Assembly: GCA_965117015.1 (NCBI GenBank)
Contig: OZ220747.1
Coordinates: forward strand, 1,931,069-1,995,068
Reading direction: 5' to 3'
Length of the DNA stretch: 64,000 bases
DNA from: Acidimicrobiales bacterium
Lineage (GTDB): Bacteria > Actinomycetota > Acidimicrobiia > Acidimicrobiales > Aldehydirespiratoraceae
The notes beneath the pieces are model-generated. The model searched no databases. It saw only the letters and a list, made by a program, of their open reading frames with translations, and was not told the origin of the DNA. The position numbers and the translations under genes were made by a program. Shown in pieces: positions 41,547 through 50,685 of the stretch. Within the stretch, counting starts at the first letter, position 1; every line of letters begins with the position of its first letter.

Positions 41547-42794
41547 GTGCGATTCGGCGTCTTCTACGAGTTGCAGATGCCCCGGCCCTGGGCCCCCGAC
41601 TCCGAGCAGCGGCTGCTGGCCGAGGCGATCGAGCAGGTCGAGGTCGCCGACGAGGTCGGCATCGATGTGGCCTGGGCGGTCGAGCACCATTTCCTGGAGG
41701 AGTACTCGCACTGCTCGGCGCCTGAGGTGTTCCTGGCCGCCTGCGCGGCCCGCACCAAGCGCATCCGCCTCGGCCACGGGATCCGTCAGGCGCCGCCGCC
41801 GTACAACCACCCGGCCCGCACCGCCGAGTGCATCGCCACCCTCGACCTGATCTCCGGAGGCCGGGTGGAGTACGGCATCGGTGAGGGAGCCACCCGCCTG
41901 GAACTGGGCGGCTTCGGCATACCGGCCAAGCAGAAGCGGGCCATGAGCCTCGAGGCCGGCGAGCAGATCGCCAACATGATGGCCATGTCGCCCTACCCCG
42001 GCTTCGAGGGCGAGTTCTTCTCGATGCCGTGCCGCGACGTGATACCCAAGCCGGTGCAGAAGCCCCATCCGCCGATGTGGATCGCCTGCACCAACCGCAC
42101 CACCATCGAGTTGGCCGCCCGGCGGGGTCTCGGAGCCCTGGCCTTCGCCTTCGTCGACCCGGCCGAGGCCCGCCACTGGGCCGAGGTGTACTACGACATC
42201 GTCCGCAGCGACGAGTGCGTGCCGCTCGGCCACAGCGTCAACGCCAACATCGCGGTGGTCACCGGCTTCTCGTTGCACCCCGACCGGGCCGAGGCCATCC
42301 GGCGGGGCTTCGACGGGTTCCACTTCTTCGCCTACGCGCTGCGGCAGCTGGTGGTGCACCACACCATCCCGGGCCACTCCGACATCTGGGACCGCTACGA
42401 GGCCCAGCGGGGCTCGGCGCTGGACGACGCGGTGGCCGCCGCGCTGGACGCCGGCGACGACTACGCCGACACCATCGGCACCCCCGCCGACGCCGTCCGC
42501 TGGCTCAAGCAGGCCGAGGATGCCGGCATCGACCATGTGATCTTCCTGCAGCAGGGCGGTAAGAACCTTCATAGCGACATCTGCGACAGCCTGCGCCTGT
42601 TCGGATCGGATGTGCTGGGCGAGTTCGCCGATGGCCGGGCCGATCGTGAGGCGGCCAAGGCCACCGAGCTGGCGCCCTACATCGAGAAGGCTCTGGCCCG
42701 CAAGGAGTGGATGCGCCCCCTGGACCGCCACGAGATCCCGGTGGTGGAGGCGTCCGCGGTGCACGCCGAGGTCCCGTCCAGCCCCATCAGCTGA
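41547..42794 (+). CDS. LLM-class flavin-dependent oxidoreductase
   Basis: 415 aa with a luciferase-like pattern (MRFGVFYELQ..., AWAVEHHF). Confidence 0.8.
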   Translation: MRFGVFYELQMPRPWAPDSEQRLLAEAIEQVEVADEVGIDVAWAVEHHFLEEYSHCSAPEVFLAACAARTKRIRLGHGIRQAPPPYNHPARTAECIATLDLISGGRVEYGIGEGATRLELGGFGIPAKQKRAMSLEAGEQIANMMAMSPYPGFEGEFFSMPCRDVIPKPVQKPHPPMWIACTNRTTIELAARRGLGALAFAFVDPAEARHWAEVYYDIVRSDECVPLGHSVNANIAVVTGFSLHPDRAEAIRRGFDGFHFFAYALRQLVVHHTIPGHSDIWDRYEAQRGSALDDAVAAALDAGDDYADTIGTPADAVRWLKQAEDAGIDHVIFLQQGGKNLHSDICDSLRLFGSDVLGEFADGRADREAAKATELAPYIEKALARKEWMRPLDRHEIPVVEASAVHAEVPSSPIS

Positions 42795-42798
42795 AATC

Positions 42799-42838
42799 GC
42801 GGCACAGTTGCCGCAATCGCAACAATCGACTGTTTTTC
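42799..42838 (+). terminator. possible terminator after the LLM gene
   Basis: GCGGCA-CAGT-TGCCGC hairpin starting 5 nt after the stop. A T5 run lies at 42833-42837, about 18 nt further on, so the geometry is non-canonical. Confidence 0.3.
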
Positions 42839-42917
42839 TGGCCGAGGACGTTTCAGCGCCTGAACAGCCGCGCCAAGTCTGGAAGGCGGGAACTCACCTC
42901 ACGAAAGAGCAGACGCC

Positions 42918-44024
42918 TTGCAGATCGCACCTCCGGGACTGAAGGGCCTGGCCGTCGCCGACACGGAGCTCGGAGCGGTGCGGGGCGAGGAGGGCTTCTA
43001 CCACTACCGCCAGCACAACGCAGCCGAATTGGCCCGTACCCGCACGCTGGAGGACGTCTGGACCCTGCAGGTCGACGGCGCGCTGCCGCCTGACGCAGTC
43101 GCCATCGACGGCGGCTCCAACCGGGCTCTGCCCGAGGAGGCCGCGGAGATCGTGGACGGGGCCGCCGCGCGGCTACCCGATCCCATGGCGGTGCTGCGAG
43201 TGGGCCTGCTCGCGGTAGCGGCCCTCGAGGACCGGGGCCCGTTGCTGGACCGCTCCGCCTCGCAGCGCCGTGACGACGCCCTGCGGCTGGCCGCGGTCGT
43301 GCCCACGGTGCTGGCCCGCCACCATCGCCGCCGGCAGGGTCTCGACCCGGTGGATCCCGACGCCGGGCTCTCGCACTGCGAGGACTACCTGCGCATGGCC
43401 AACGGCGCCCGGCCCGACCCGGGTGCGGCCCGAGCGGTCGAGCAGTACCTGGTGGCCACCCTGGATCACGGCTTCAACGCGTCGACGTTCACCAGCCGGG
43501 TGGTGGCCAGCACCGGGGCCGACATGGCCGGCTCGCTCGTGGCCGGGGTTGGGGCGCTCACCGGGCCGCTCCACGGCGGAGCCCCGAGCCGGGCCATGGA
43601 GATGATCGAGGAGATCGGCGAGCCCGAGCGGGCGGCAGCCTGGGTGCGGGCCCGGCTGGAGGCGGGTCACAAGATCATGGGCTTCGGCCATGCCGTCTAC
43701 CGGGCCGCCGACCCGCGAGGCGTGGTCCTGCGGGCCGCGGCGGAATCCCTCGGGGGCGAGCTCGTCTGCCGGGCGGCCGCCATCGAGGCGGAAGTCCTGC
43801 GAGCGTTGGCCGAGTGGCGGCCCGACCACCGCATCGTCACCAACGTCGAGTACTGGGCCGCGGTGGTGCTGGAGCTGGCCGGCCTGCCCCGCGCCATGTT
43901 CACGCCGACGTTCGCGGTGAGCAGGGCGATCGGCTGGAGCGCGCATGTGCTCGAGCAGGCCGGCACGGGCAAGATCCTGCGCCCCAGCGCCCGCTACGTC
44001 GGCCCGGAGCCGATTCGATCCTGA
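42918..44024 (+). CDS. citrate synthase family protein (CitA/2-methylcitrate synthase-like)
   Basis: 368 aa with a TTG start. It carries HGGAPS and GFGHAVYR catalytic motifs. Confidence 0.8.
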   Translation: MQIAPPGLKGLAVADTELGAVRGEEGFYHYRQHNAAELARTRTLEDVWTLQVDGALPPDAVAIDGGSNRALPEEAAEIVDGAAARLPDPMAVLRVGLLAVAALEDRGPLLDRSASQRRDDALRLAAVVPTVLARHHRRRQGLDPVDPDAGLSHCEDYLRMANGARPDPGAARAVEQYLVATLDHGFNASTFTSRVVASTGADMAGSLVAGVGALTGPLHGGAPSRAMEMIEEIGEPERAAAWVRARLEAGHKIMGFGHAVYRAADPRGVVLRAAAESLGGELVCRAAAIEAEVLRALAEWRPDHRIVTNVEYWAAVVLELAGLPRAMFTPTFAVSRAIGWSAHVLEQAGTGKILRPSARYVGPEPIRS

Positions 44025-44054
44025 CCGTTTGCAATGCCGGCCGCACCGAGGTAT

Positions 44055-44082
44055 CTTCCGAGGAAGGTAACTTCCTAGGAAG
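44055..44082. promoter_or_regulatory. nested palindrome (two CTTCCnnGGAAG units) between the citrate synthase-like gene and P450
   Basis: CTTCCGAGGAAG-GTAA-CTTCCTAGGAAG. The whole 28-mer is a 12-bp-stem hairpin with one mismatch and a GTAA loop, and each arm is itself palindromic. It starts 31 nt after the upstream stop and ends 74 nt before the P450 ATG. Confidence 0.45.
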
Positions 44083-44155
44083 CTAGACAGGCCTGCCGGC
44101 CGTACGAGCCACGGCTGGTGCGAGGTCTGGAACCTCCGAGAGCGAGGTGAGAGAC

Positions 44156-45535
44156 ATGACGGTCACCGAGGAGCGAGCGACGGCCTGTCCCGTGGACCAC
44201 GGGGTGGGGCTCTGCCCGGCCGCGGACATCGACCTGTGGGACTTCGACCTGTTCAAGCGCCAGGACCATCACGAGGCCCTGGCCCGGCTGCGCGAGACGG
44301 ACCCCGGCATCCACTGGATAGACGAGGGTGACAAGGGTCCCGGCTACTGGGCCATCACCCGCCAGGCCCACCTCAAGGAGGTGAACCGCCGGGCCGACGT
44401 GTTCTCGTCCAGCCACAGCGGCACGCAGATGCGCGATCCCGATCGGCGGGAGTGGGCGTCGGGCATCGCCAACGACCACACGCTGATCGACATGGACCCG
44501 CCCCGTCACACCCGCTACCGCAAACTCGTCAACCGGGGCTTCACCCCCCGGATGATCAACCTGCTCGAGGACTATCTCCAGAACCGCACCGACATAATCC
44601 TCGACCGGGTGGTGGAGAAGGGCAGCTGCGATTTCGTGCGCGACATCTCGGCCGAGCTGCCCCTTCAGGCCATCGCCGAGATGATGGGCATCCCCGTCGA
44701 GGACCGCTCGAGGGTCTTCGACTGGACCAACGCCATGGTCGGCGGCGAGGACCCCGAGTTCGTGAAGAGCCGGGACGACATCCTCGCGGCCGCGGCTGAT
44801 CTGTTCGGCTACTCCCACCAGCTCCAGATGGATCGCCGCAGCACGCCCTCCGACGACATCGTCACCACGCTGCTGTCGGCCGACATCGACGGCGAGGCCC
44901 TGACCGAGCTCGAGTTCGACATGTTCTTCCTGATCCTGTGCGTGGCCGGCAACGAGACCACCCGCAACTCGATCACCCGGGGGATGATGGCCTTCCTCGA
45001 ATTCGGTGACCAGTGGGAGAGGTTCACCTCCGACCCCGACCGCCACATGGAGACCGCGGTGGAGGAGATCGTGCGGTGGGCCAGCCCGGTCATGTACTTC
45101 CGCCGCCAGGCCCTGTCCGACTACGAGATCGGCGGGGTCAAGATCGCCGCGGGCGACAAGGTGCTCATGTGGCACGTGGCCGCCAACCGCGACCCCCGTG
45201 CTTTCGAGGACCCGTGGCTCTTCGACATCGAGCGCACCCCCAACGACCACGTCGGCTTCGGCGGGGGAGGCCCCCACTACTGCCTGGGCGCCAGCCTGGC
45301 CCGCATGGAGATCCGCCTGATGTTCCGCGAGATCGCCCGGCGGATGCCCGACATCCGCCTCGACGGCGAGCCCGACTACCTGCGATCCAACTTCATCGGC
45401 GGCGTCAAGCGCCTGCCGGTGGCCTACACCCCGTCGCCGTCGTACGACACGGCGGCGCTGCACCGCCTCGGCTCCGCGGCCGGCGTGTCAGGCACGGTCG
45501 GTTACGGCGGCCACGTGGAGCGCACCGCCTCCTGA
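44156..45535 (+). CDS. cytochrome P450
   Basis: ATG at 44156 (GAGG 9 nt upstream) in track ORF 44147..45535. Heme loop FGGGGPHYCLG, the I-helix AGNETT and the EXXR motif. It resembles the CYP124/125/142 type N-terminal half (MDPPRHTRYRKLV). Confidence 0.9.
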   Translation: MTVTEERATACPVDHGVGLCPAADIDLWDFDLFKRQDHHEALARLRETDPGIHWIDEGDKGPGYWAITRQAHLKEVNRRADVFSSSHSGTQMRDPDRREWASGIANDHTLIDMDPPRHTRYRKLVNRGFTPRMINLLEDYLQNRTDIILDRVVEKGSCDFVRDISAELPLQAIAEMMGIPVEDRSRVFDWTNAMVGGEDPEFVKSRDDILAAAADLFGYSHQLQMDRRSTPSDDIVTTLLSADIDGEALTELEFDMFFLILCVAGNETTRNSITRGMMAFLEFGDQWERFTSDPDRHMETAVEEIVRWASPVMYFRRQALSDYEIGGVKIAAGDKVLMWHVAANRDPRAFEDPWLFDIERTPNDHVGFGGGGPHYCLGASLARMEIRLMFREIARRMPDIRLDGEPDYLRSNFIGGVKRLPVAYTPSPSYDTAALHRLGSAAGVSGTVGYGGHVERTAS

Positions 45536-45553
45536 CGCGGCGCGCGCCCTCGT

Positions 45554-46261
45554 TCAGGCCGAGGCCGCCTTCACCAGCCAGTCGAAGACGGGGTCGCGGT
45601 CGCGGGATTCCATCAACTCGGGGTGCCACTGCACGCCCAGCCACGGCTTGTGGCGGGCTTCGATGACCTCGATGGCACCGTCGTCGCTGCGACCGGTCAC
45701 CTCGTAGCCGTCGGCCAGCTCGTCGATGGTCTGGTGGTGCAGCGAGTTGACCCGGATCGACGGGCCGTACAGCGAAGCGGCCAGCGATCCCTCGGCCAGA
45801 TCGACCCGGTGGACGATCGAGTCGGGGGGCTGGTCGTGGCAGGCGTGGGGCGGGACGTGCTGGTGCAGCGTGCCCCCGCCGTGCACGTTGAGCACCTGGA
45901 TTCCCCGGCAGATGCCGAGCACCGGCTTTGCGGTGTCGAGTGCCCCGTCGAGAAGGCGTAGCTCGAAGGCGTCGCGATCCGGCTCGCGTGTGTACAGCTC
46001 GGGGCTCGGCACATGGCCGTAGCGCTCCGGCTCGATGTCGGTCCCGCCGCTCAGCAGCAGCCCGTCGAGGCGGTCGGCGTAGTCGGCGGGATCGGCGCTG
46101 CCGGGCAGGAAGACCGGCAGTCCTCCGGCGGCGATCACCCCGAGGGCGTAGTCGCAGTAGAACACGTCGAGGTGCAAGTCCCGGAACGTCTCGGGCTTCA
46201 TGTTGAGTTCGCCCGCGGTCTTGGTCCGGCCTGTGATCCCGATGAGCGGTCTGCCTGCCAC
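45554..46261 (-). CDS. gamma-glutamyl-gamma-aminobutyrate hydrolase family protein (peptidase C26, PuuD-like)
   Basis: 235 aa with the nucleophile motif GICRGIQVLNV and NSLHHQ. Confidence 0.8.
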   Translation of the reverse strand: MAGRPLIGITGRTKTAGELNMKPETFRDLHLDVFYCDYALGVIAAGGLPVFLPGSADPADYADRLDGLLLSGGTDIEPERYGHVPSPELYTREPDRDAFELRLLDGALDTAKPVLGICRGIQVLNVHGGGTLHQHVPPHACHDQPPDSIVHRVDLAEGSLAASLYGPSIRVNSLHHQTIDELADGYEVTGRSDDGAIEVIEARHKPWLGVQWHPELMESRDRDPVFDWLVKAASA

Positions 46262-46269
46262 GGGCGAGA

Positions 46270-47097
46270 GTGTATGTTCCGACCGTGTCCAACCCTTCGT
46301 CCTGCCGAGCGGTGACCGGCGCTCTGGATGTTGATGGACCGCTGGCCTGGCGCGAGGCGGGTGACGGGGAGCCAGTGGTGTTCCTGCACGGCCTCGGCGG
46401 CTCGCGCACCTCGTGGGAACCCCAACTGACTGGCCTGAAATCCGAATTCCGCTGCATCGCCTGGGACATGCCCGGCTATGGCGTCTCGGACCCGGTCGTG
46501 CCTCTGACCTTCGCCACCGTCGCCGACGCGGTGGCCCGGCTGCTCGACGCGGCCGCCGTGGAGCGGGCCCATCTCGTGGGCGAGTCCTTCGGCGGCATGC
46601 ACGCCCTGCACGCCGCGCTGCGCCACCCCGACCGTCTCGGCCGGCTCGTGCTGGCCAACACCAGCCCCGCCTTCGGCCTCGACGGCACCGACCCCGACGC
46701 CTGGCAGGCCGCCCGGCTCGCCCCCCTGGACGCCGGACGCACCCCCGCCGACATCGCCGAGCAAGTGCTCACATCGGTAGCCGGCCCAAGCCTCGACCGG
46801 GAGACCCTGGCCATGCGGGTCGCCGGCTTCGCGCGCATCCCGTCCGCCGGCCTGCGAGCCGCCGTCGAATGCCTGCCTGCTCACAACGTGCTCGACCGCC
46901 TGGCCGAGATCAACACTCCCGCCCTCGTGGTCGCCGGCGCACTAGACGCCGAAACCCCAGTCACCTACGCGAGAGCCCTAGCCGACGGCCTTCCCGATGC
47001 CGAGCTGGTGGTACTAGACGGCATAGGCCACCTAGCCGTCTCAGAAGCCCCAGAGACCTTCAATCAGTTAGCAAGCGCCTTCCTCACCGTCGACTGA
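46270..47097 (+). CDS. alpha/beta hydrolase
   Basis: 275 aa with FLHGLGGS, the elbow GESFGG and a C-terminal GIGHL. The start is uncertain: only 8 bp separate it from the divergent puuD-like start. In-frame GTGs at 46285 and 46312 are alternatives. Confidence 0.75.
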   Translation: MYVPTVSNPSSCRAVTGALDVDGPLAWREAGDGEPVVFLHGLGGSRTSWEPQLTGLKSEFRCIAWDMPGYGVSDPVVPLTFATVADAVARLLDAAAVERAHLVGESFGGMHALHAALRHPDRLGRLVLANTSPAFGLDGTDPDAWQAARLAPLDAGRTPADIAEQVLTSVAGPSLDRETLAMRVAGFARIPSAGLRAAVECLPAHNVLDRLAEINTPALVVAGALDAETPVTYARALADGLPDAELVVLDGIGHLAVSEAPETFNQLASAFLTVD

Positions 47098-47166
47098 CAA
47101 GGTTCAGACGCGAACCCGCTAGGACCAGCCGCGACCGGCAAGGCCGGGGGGTGGCGCAGGTCCGGG

Positions 47167-47198
47167 CGGCCGACAATGGGGCGAAGCCCCGTCGGCCG
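47167..47198 (+). terminator. strong stem-loop downstream of the hydrolase gene
   Basis: CGGCCGAC-AAT-GGGGC-GAA-GCCCC-GTCGGCCG, giving 13 bp of pairing with a 3-nt bulge. It lies 70 nt after the stop at 47097. There is no U-tract. Confidence 0.4.
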
Positions 47199-47275
47199 GA
47201 CGGAGCCTGCGACAGGACCCGCCGGCCGGAAGGAGCAACGAATGCTCTAGAGGGCCAGCGTTAGGCTCTAAGGCC

Positions 47276-48475
47276 GTGCCGACCGACATTCTCACCCCGG
47301 AGCGGGCCGCACTCGTCGAGCGCATGGCCGCGCTCGGGCCCAACTTCGCCGAGCGGGCCGAGGCCCACGATCGCGACGCCACGTTTCCCACCGAGAACTG
47401 GGCCGAGCTGCGCGACGCCGGTCTGCTCGGGCTGTGCATCCCGGTAGCGGAAGGCGGGCTCGGTGGCGACTTCGTGGCCTACGCCCTCGTGTCCGAGGAG
47501 CTCGGGCGGCACTGCGCCACTACCGCGCTGACCTTCAACATGCACACCGCCACCACCATCCTCGTCGGCCAGATCGCCGACGACCTGGACCTGAGCGCCG
47601 CGGAGCGAGCGCTGCTGGAGGAGCGCCGGGCCGAACTGCGTCGAGGCATCGTCGCCGACGGCACCATCCACAGCCAGCCCTTCTCGGAGGGCGCGGCCGC
47701 GGGCGCCACGGCGGGCTACTCCACCCTGGCCGTGCCCGCGGCAGGCGGCTACCACGTGACCGGGCGCAAGATCTTCGCCTCTCTTTCGGGAGCGGCCCAC
47801 ATCCACAACGTGGTCTGCCTGGCTCCCGGGGACGAGCGGATCCGCTTCATGGGCGTGCCCGCCGACGCAGCTGGCGCAGTCGTCGAAGGGGAGTGGGACC
47901 CGCTGGGTATGCGGGGAACCGACTCGCGCACCCTGGTGCTGAGACAGGCCTTCGTGCCCGAGGACAACGAGTGGCTCCCGCCCGGCGCCTTCGATCAGGC
48001 TGCGACCCGCTGGCCGTACTTCTACATGACGCTGTCGTTCGCCTACCTGGGACTGATGCGGGGCGTGCTCGACGCCACGGGTGCATACCTGCGGGGCGAG
48101 GGATCGGTCCGTTCCGGCCCGGCCCGGCGGGACCATCCCATCAAGCAGCAGGGCTGGGCCCAGATGAACCTGCTCTACGACCGGGCCCAGTCGCTCACCT
48201 ACCGGGTGCTGGCCGAGTGCGGCGTCGACCCGAGCGGTGACCAGGTGCGGCGGGCGTGGTCGTCGGTGGTGACCGTGATGGAGGGCGCCCCCGCGGTGGC
48301 GTCGCTGGCCCTGCAGGTGTGCGGGGGCCGCAGCATGCTGCGTCCGTCCTACCTGGAGCAGGCCTACCGCGACGCCCGCTGCGGGGCGGCCATGCTGCCA
48401 TGGAGCGTCGAGGTCTGCCTGGAGCGCTTGGGCCGCACCGGCCTCTACCCGGAACAGGACGAAGCACCGGTCTGA
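47276..48475 (+). CDS. acyl-CoA dehydrogenase family protein
   Basis: 399 aa with an ACAD-like N-terminal helical domain (FPTENWAELRDAGLLGLCIPVAEGGLG) and a middle beta domain. Confidence 0.8.
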   Translation: MPTDILTPERAALVERMAALGPNFAERAEAHDRDATFPTENWAELRDAGLLGLCIPVAEGGLGGDFVAYALVSEELGRHCATTALTFNMHTATTILVGQIADDLDLSAAERALLEERRAELRRGIVADGTIHSQPFSEGAAAGATAGYSTLAVPAAGGYHVTGRKIFASLSGAAHIHNVVCLAPGDERIRFMGVPADAAGAVVEGEWDPLGMRGTDSRTLVLRQAFVPEDNEWLPPGAFDQAATRWPYFYMTLSFAYLGLMRGVLDATGAYLRGEGSVRSGPARRDHPIKQQGWAQMNLLYDRAQSLTYRVLAECGVDPSGDQVRRAWSSVVTVMEGAPAVASLALQVCGGRSMLRPSYLEQAYRDARCGAAMLPWSVEVCLERLGRTGLYPEQDEAPV

Positions 48476-48558
48476 GAACCCGCTCTTGTTCGCTTCGCTG
48501 CGGTGCGAGGTACCTTTCGGGGCCGAACGTCCACCGTCTCGCTACGGGGGGAGATGTC

Positions 48559-49917
48559 ATGACCGACTGGGACCGCGTGAGGGTCCTCTGGCCCGATCAC
48601 TACGGGCTGGCTCGGGGCAAGTACGTGCCGATCCGTCTCGCCCATCAGGGCGCCAACCACTGCGTGTGCGTGTTCGCGCTGGGCTACGACCGCAGCATGG
48701 CGCCCGCGCCGGGCGCCTACCTGCTGGAAGGCCTGCCCGACACCCACGTCAGCTTCGACACCGCCGACATCCGCCAGGGCTGGGACGACGAAGCCACCGG
48801 TGTCGTCATCGGCGACCTGACCATGCACGGCGAACCCCTGCCGGTGTCGCCCCGGGAGGCGCTGCGCCGGGCGGTGGCCGACTGGGAGGCCCTCGGCTAC
48901 AGCCCCAAAGTAGGCCTCGAGTTCGAGGCCTACGTGTTCAACGGCGACATGGAGTCCCCCCGGCCCTACGACACGCCCCGGTCGATGGTCTACGGCACCG
49001 GTCCCGGCTCGGATCCCGCCGGGGTCATCACCTCGCTGGTCCGCCAGGCCGAGGCGGTGGGCATAGCGGTGGAGTCGGTCAACGCCGAGTACGACGAGGG
49101 GCAGTTCGAGCTGACCCTCGAATACGGCGACGCCCTGGCGGCCGTCGACGACGCCTTCCTGTTCCGGCTGCTGGCCCGGGAGAGCGTGCTCACCGCCACC
49201 GACTCGGCCGGTCGCTCCCTCGGCCTCGACCTCACGTTCCTGGGCAAGCCCTTCCCCGGCGTATCCGGCACCGGGATCCATGTGAACCTCTCGCTGGCCG
49301 ATGCCGACGGCAACAACGCCTTCTCGGACGCGAGCGGCGCCCACGGCATGTCGGACCTGGCCCGGGGCTGCCTCGCCGGTCTGATCCACCATCACCGCGG
49401 GATGACGGCATTGGCCGCGCCCACCGTCAACGCCTACCGGCGCCTGCGCCCGGGCGAGATCAACGGCTACTGGGCCAACTGGGGCGTGGAGCACCGCTGC
49501 GCCGGGAACCGGGTGCCGGGGAGCGCCGGTCCGGGCATGCGCATCGAGAGCCGCATCGGCGACGGCGCCGCCAACCCCTACCTGCTGGTGGCTGCGGTGC
49601 TGCAGGCGGCCCGCCTCGGTGTGGCCGACGGTCTCGCGTGCCCCGATCCCTTGACTACGGACGGTTTCGAGGAGATCAACACCGATGTCCGCTGCGCCCA
49701 CTCCCTGAACGAGGCCCTCGACGACATGGAAGCCGACGAGGCGTTGTGCGAGGCGATCGGCTCGGAGGTTTGCGCTAACTTCGTGTTCAACAAGCGGGAG
49801 GAGTGGGGCCGCTACACCGCCGAAGCGGGTGACGAGGTCGTCGCCGACTGGGACGCCATCACCGGCACTGAGCCCCTCTCGCAGTGGGAGCTGAAGCAGT
49901 ACCTGCCCTACCACTGA
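48559..49917 (+). CDS. glutamine synthetase family protein (gamma-glutamyl-amine ligase type; PuuA/GlnA3/IpuC-like)
   Basis: In-frame ATG at 48559 (GGGGGAG upstream) in track ORF 48256..49917. GS catalytic-domain motifs (GLEFEAYVF, GTGIHVNLSL, NAYRRL). 452 aa. Confidence 0.85.
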   Translation: MTDWDRVRVLWPDHYGLARGKYVPIRLAHQGANHCVCVFALGYDRSMAPAPGAYLLEGLPDTHVSFDTADIRQGWDDEATGVVIGDLTMHGEPLPVSPREALRRAVADWEALGYSPKVGLEFEAYVFNGDMESPRPYDTPRSMVYGTGPGSDPAGVITSLVRQAEAVGIAVESVNAEYDEGQFELTLEYGDALAAVDDAFLFRLLARESVLTATDSAGRSLGLDLTFLGKPFPGVSGTGIHVNLSLADADGNNAFSDASGAHGMSDLARGCLAGLIHHHRGMTALAAPTVNAYRRLRPGEINGYWANWGVEHRCAGNRVPGSAGPGMRIESRIGDGAANPYLLVAAVLQAARLGVADGLACPDPLTTDGFEEINTDVRCAHSLNEALDDMEADEALCEAIGSEVCANFVFNKREEWGRYTAEAGDEVVADWDAITGTEPLSQWELKQYLPYH

Positions 49918-49956
49918 GCACCGGACGGAGCGACCTGGACCCTCGTTCCGCCGGGT

Positions 49957-50685
49957 TCAGGACTGGGCCACCTCGTCGAGGAACCAGTCGACCAGCTCGG
50001 CGCATTGCCGGGCGTTGCGGTCCTCGTGATGGCGCAGGCTCTCCAGCAGTTCCTCCCGGCTCAAGCCGTGCTCGGCCAGGTACTCGTCGTCTGCCCCGGT
50101 GAGGAAGTCCTCGACGTGGGCGTAGGTCACCTCTGGATGGAACTGGGTGCCCACGCAGCGCCCCAGCCGGAACAGCTGCACGGCGTTCTCGTTGACGGCC
50201 AGCACCTCGGCATCGGCCGGAGGGGTGAAGCGGTCGTGGTGCCACTGGAACCACGGCCCCGGCCCCAGCGGGTTGCGCGCCCCGTTGGGCGAGCCCCCGG
50301 GCTCGTGGATCTTGTACCACCCGATCTCGGCTACCGGCGCCTGCTCCACCTCGCCGCCGAGAGCCGCGGCCAGCAGCTGCCCTCCGAAGCAGACCCCCAG
50401 CATCGGCACGCCCCTCGCGTAGGCGGCCCGCACCATCTCGATCTCTTCGAAGATCCAGCTGTCGATCTCGTCGGTCTTGGTGAGCGAGCGGATCGAGCCC
50501 ATCGGCACCAGCACGTCGTAGTCGGCGAGGTCGGGGAAGGGGACCGCGTCGTTGGGCCGGTCCAGGTCCTCGGTCACCACATGCTCGTGCACGTCGAAGC
50601 CCCGCTGCGCCAGCCGCTCGCCGACCAGCGCGCTCGTGCCCTGCGGCTCGTGGGCCAGGACCAGAGCTCGCCGCGGCCTGTTCAC
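49957..50685 (-). CDS. class I glutamine amidotransferase-like protein
   Basis: 242 aa with the nucleophile motif MLGVCFGGQLL and GTQFHPE. Its GTG start overlaps the ligB stop (GTGA). Confidence 0.8.
   Translation of the reverse strand: MNRPRRALVLAHEPQGTSALVGERLAQRGFDVHEHVVTEDLDRPNDAVPFPDLADYDVLVPMGSIRSLTKTDEIDSWIFEEIEMVRAAYARGVPMLGVCFGGQLLAAALGGEVEQAPVAEIGWYKIHEPGGSPNGARNPLGPGPWFQWHHDRFTPPADAEVLAVNENAVQLFRLGRCVGTQFHPEVTYAHVEDFLTGADDEYLAEHGLSREELLESLRHHEDRNARQCAELVDWFLDEVAQS

Noticed and set aside
46262-46269. 8-bp gap between the divergent puuD-like and hydrolase genes as a real bidirectional promoter
   Set aside because: The gap is too short to hold promoters. More likely one or both start codons are mis-assigned; in-frame GTGs at 46285 and 46312 exist for the hydrolase.
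49921-49954. Possible bidirectional terminator between the convergent GS-like and GATase1 genes
   Set aside because: The stem is only 8 bp with a bulge (CCGGaCGGA/TCCGCCGG), the loop is 17 nt, and there is no U-tract. This is too weak to call.
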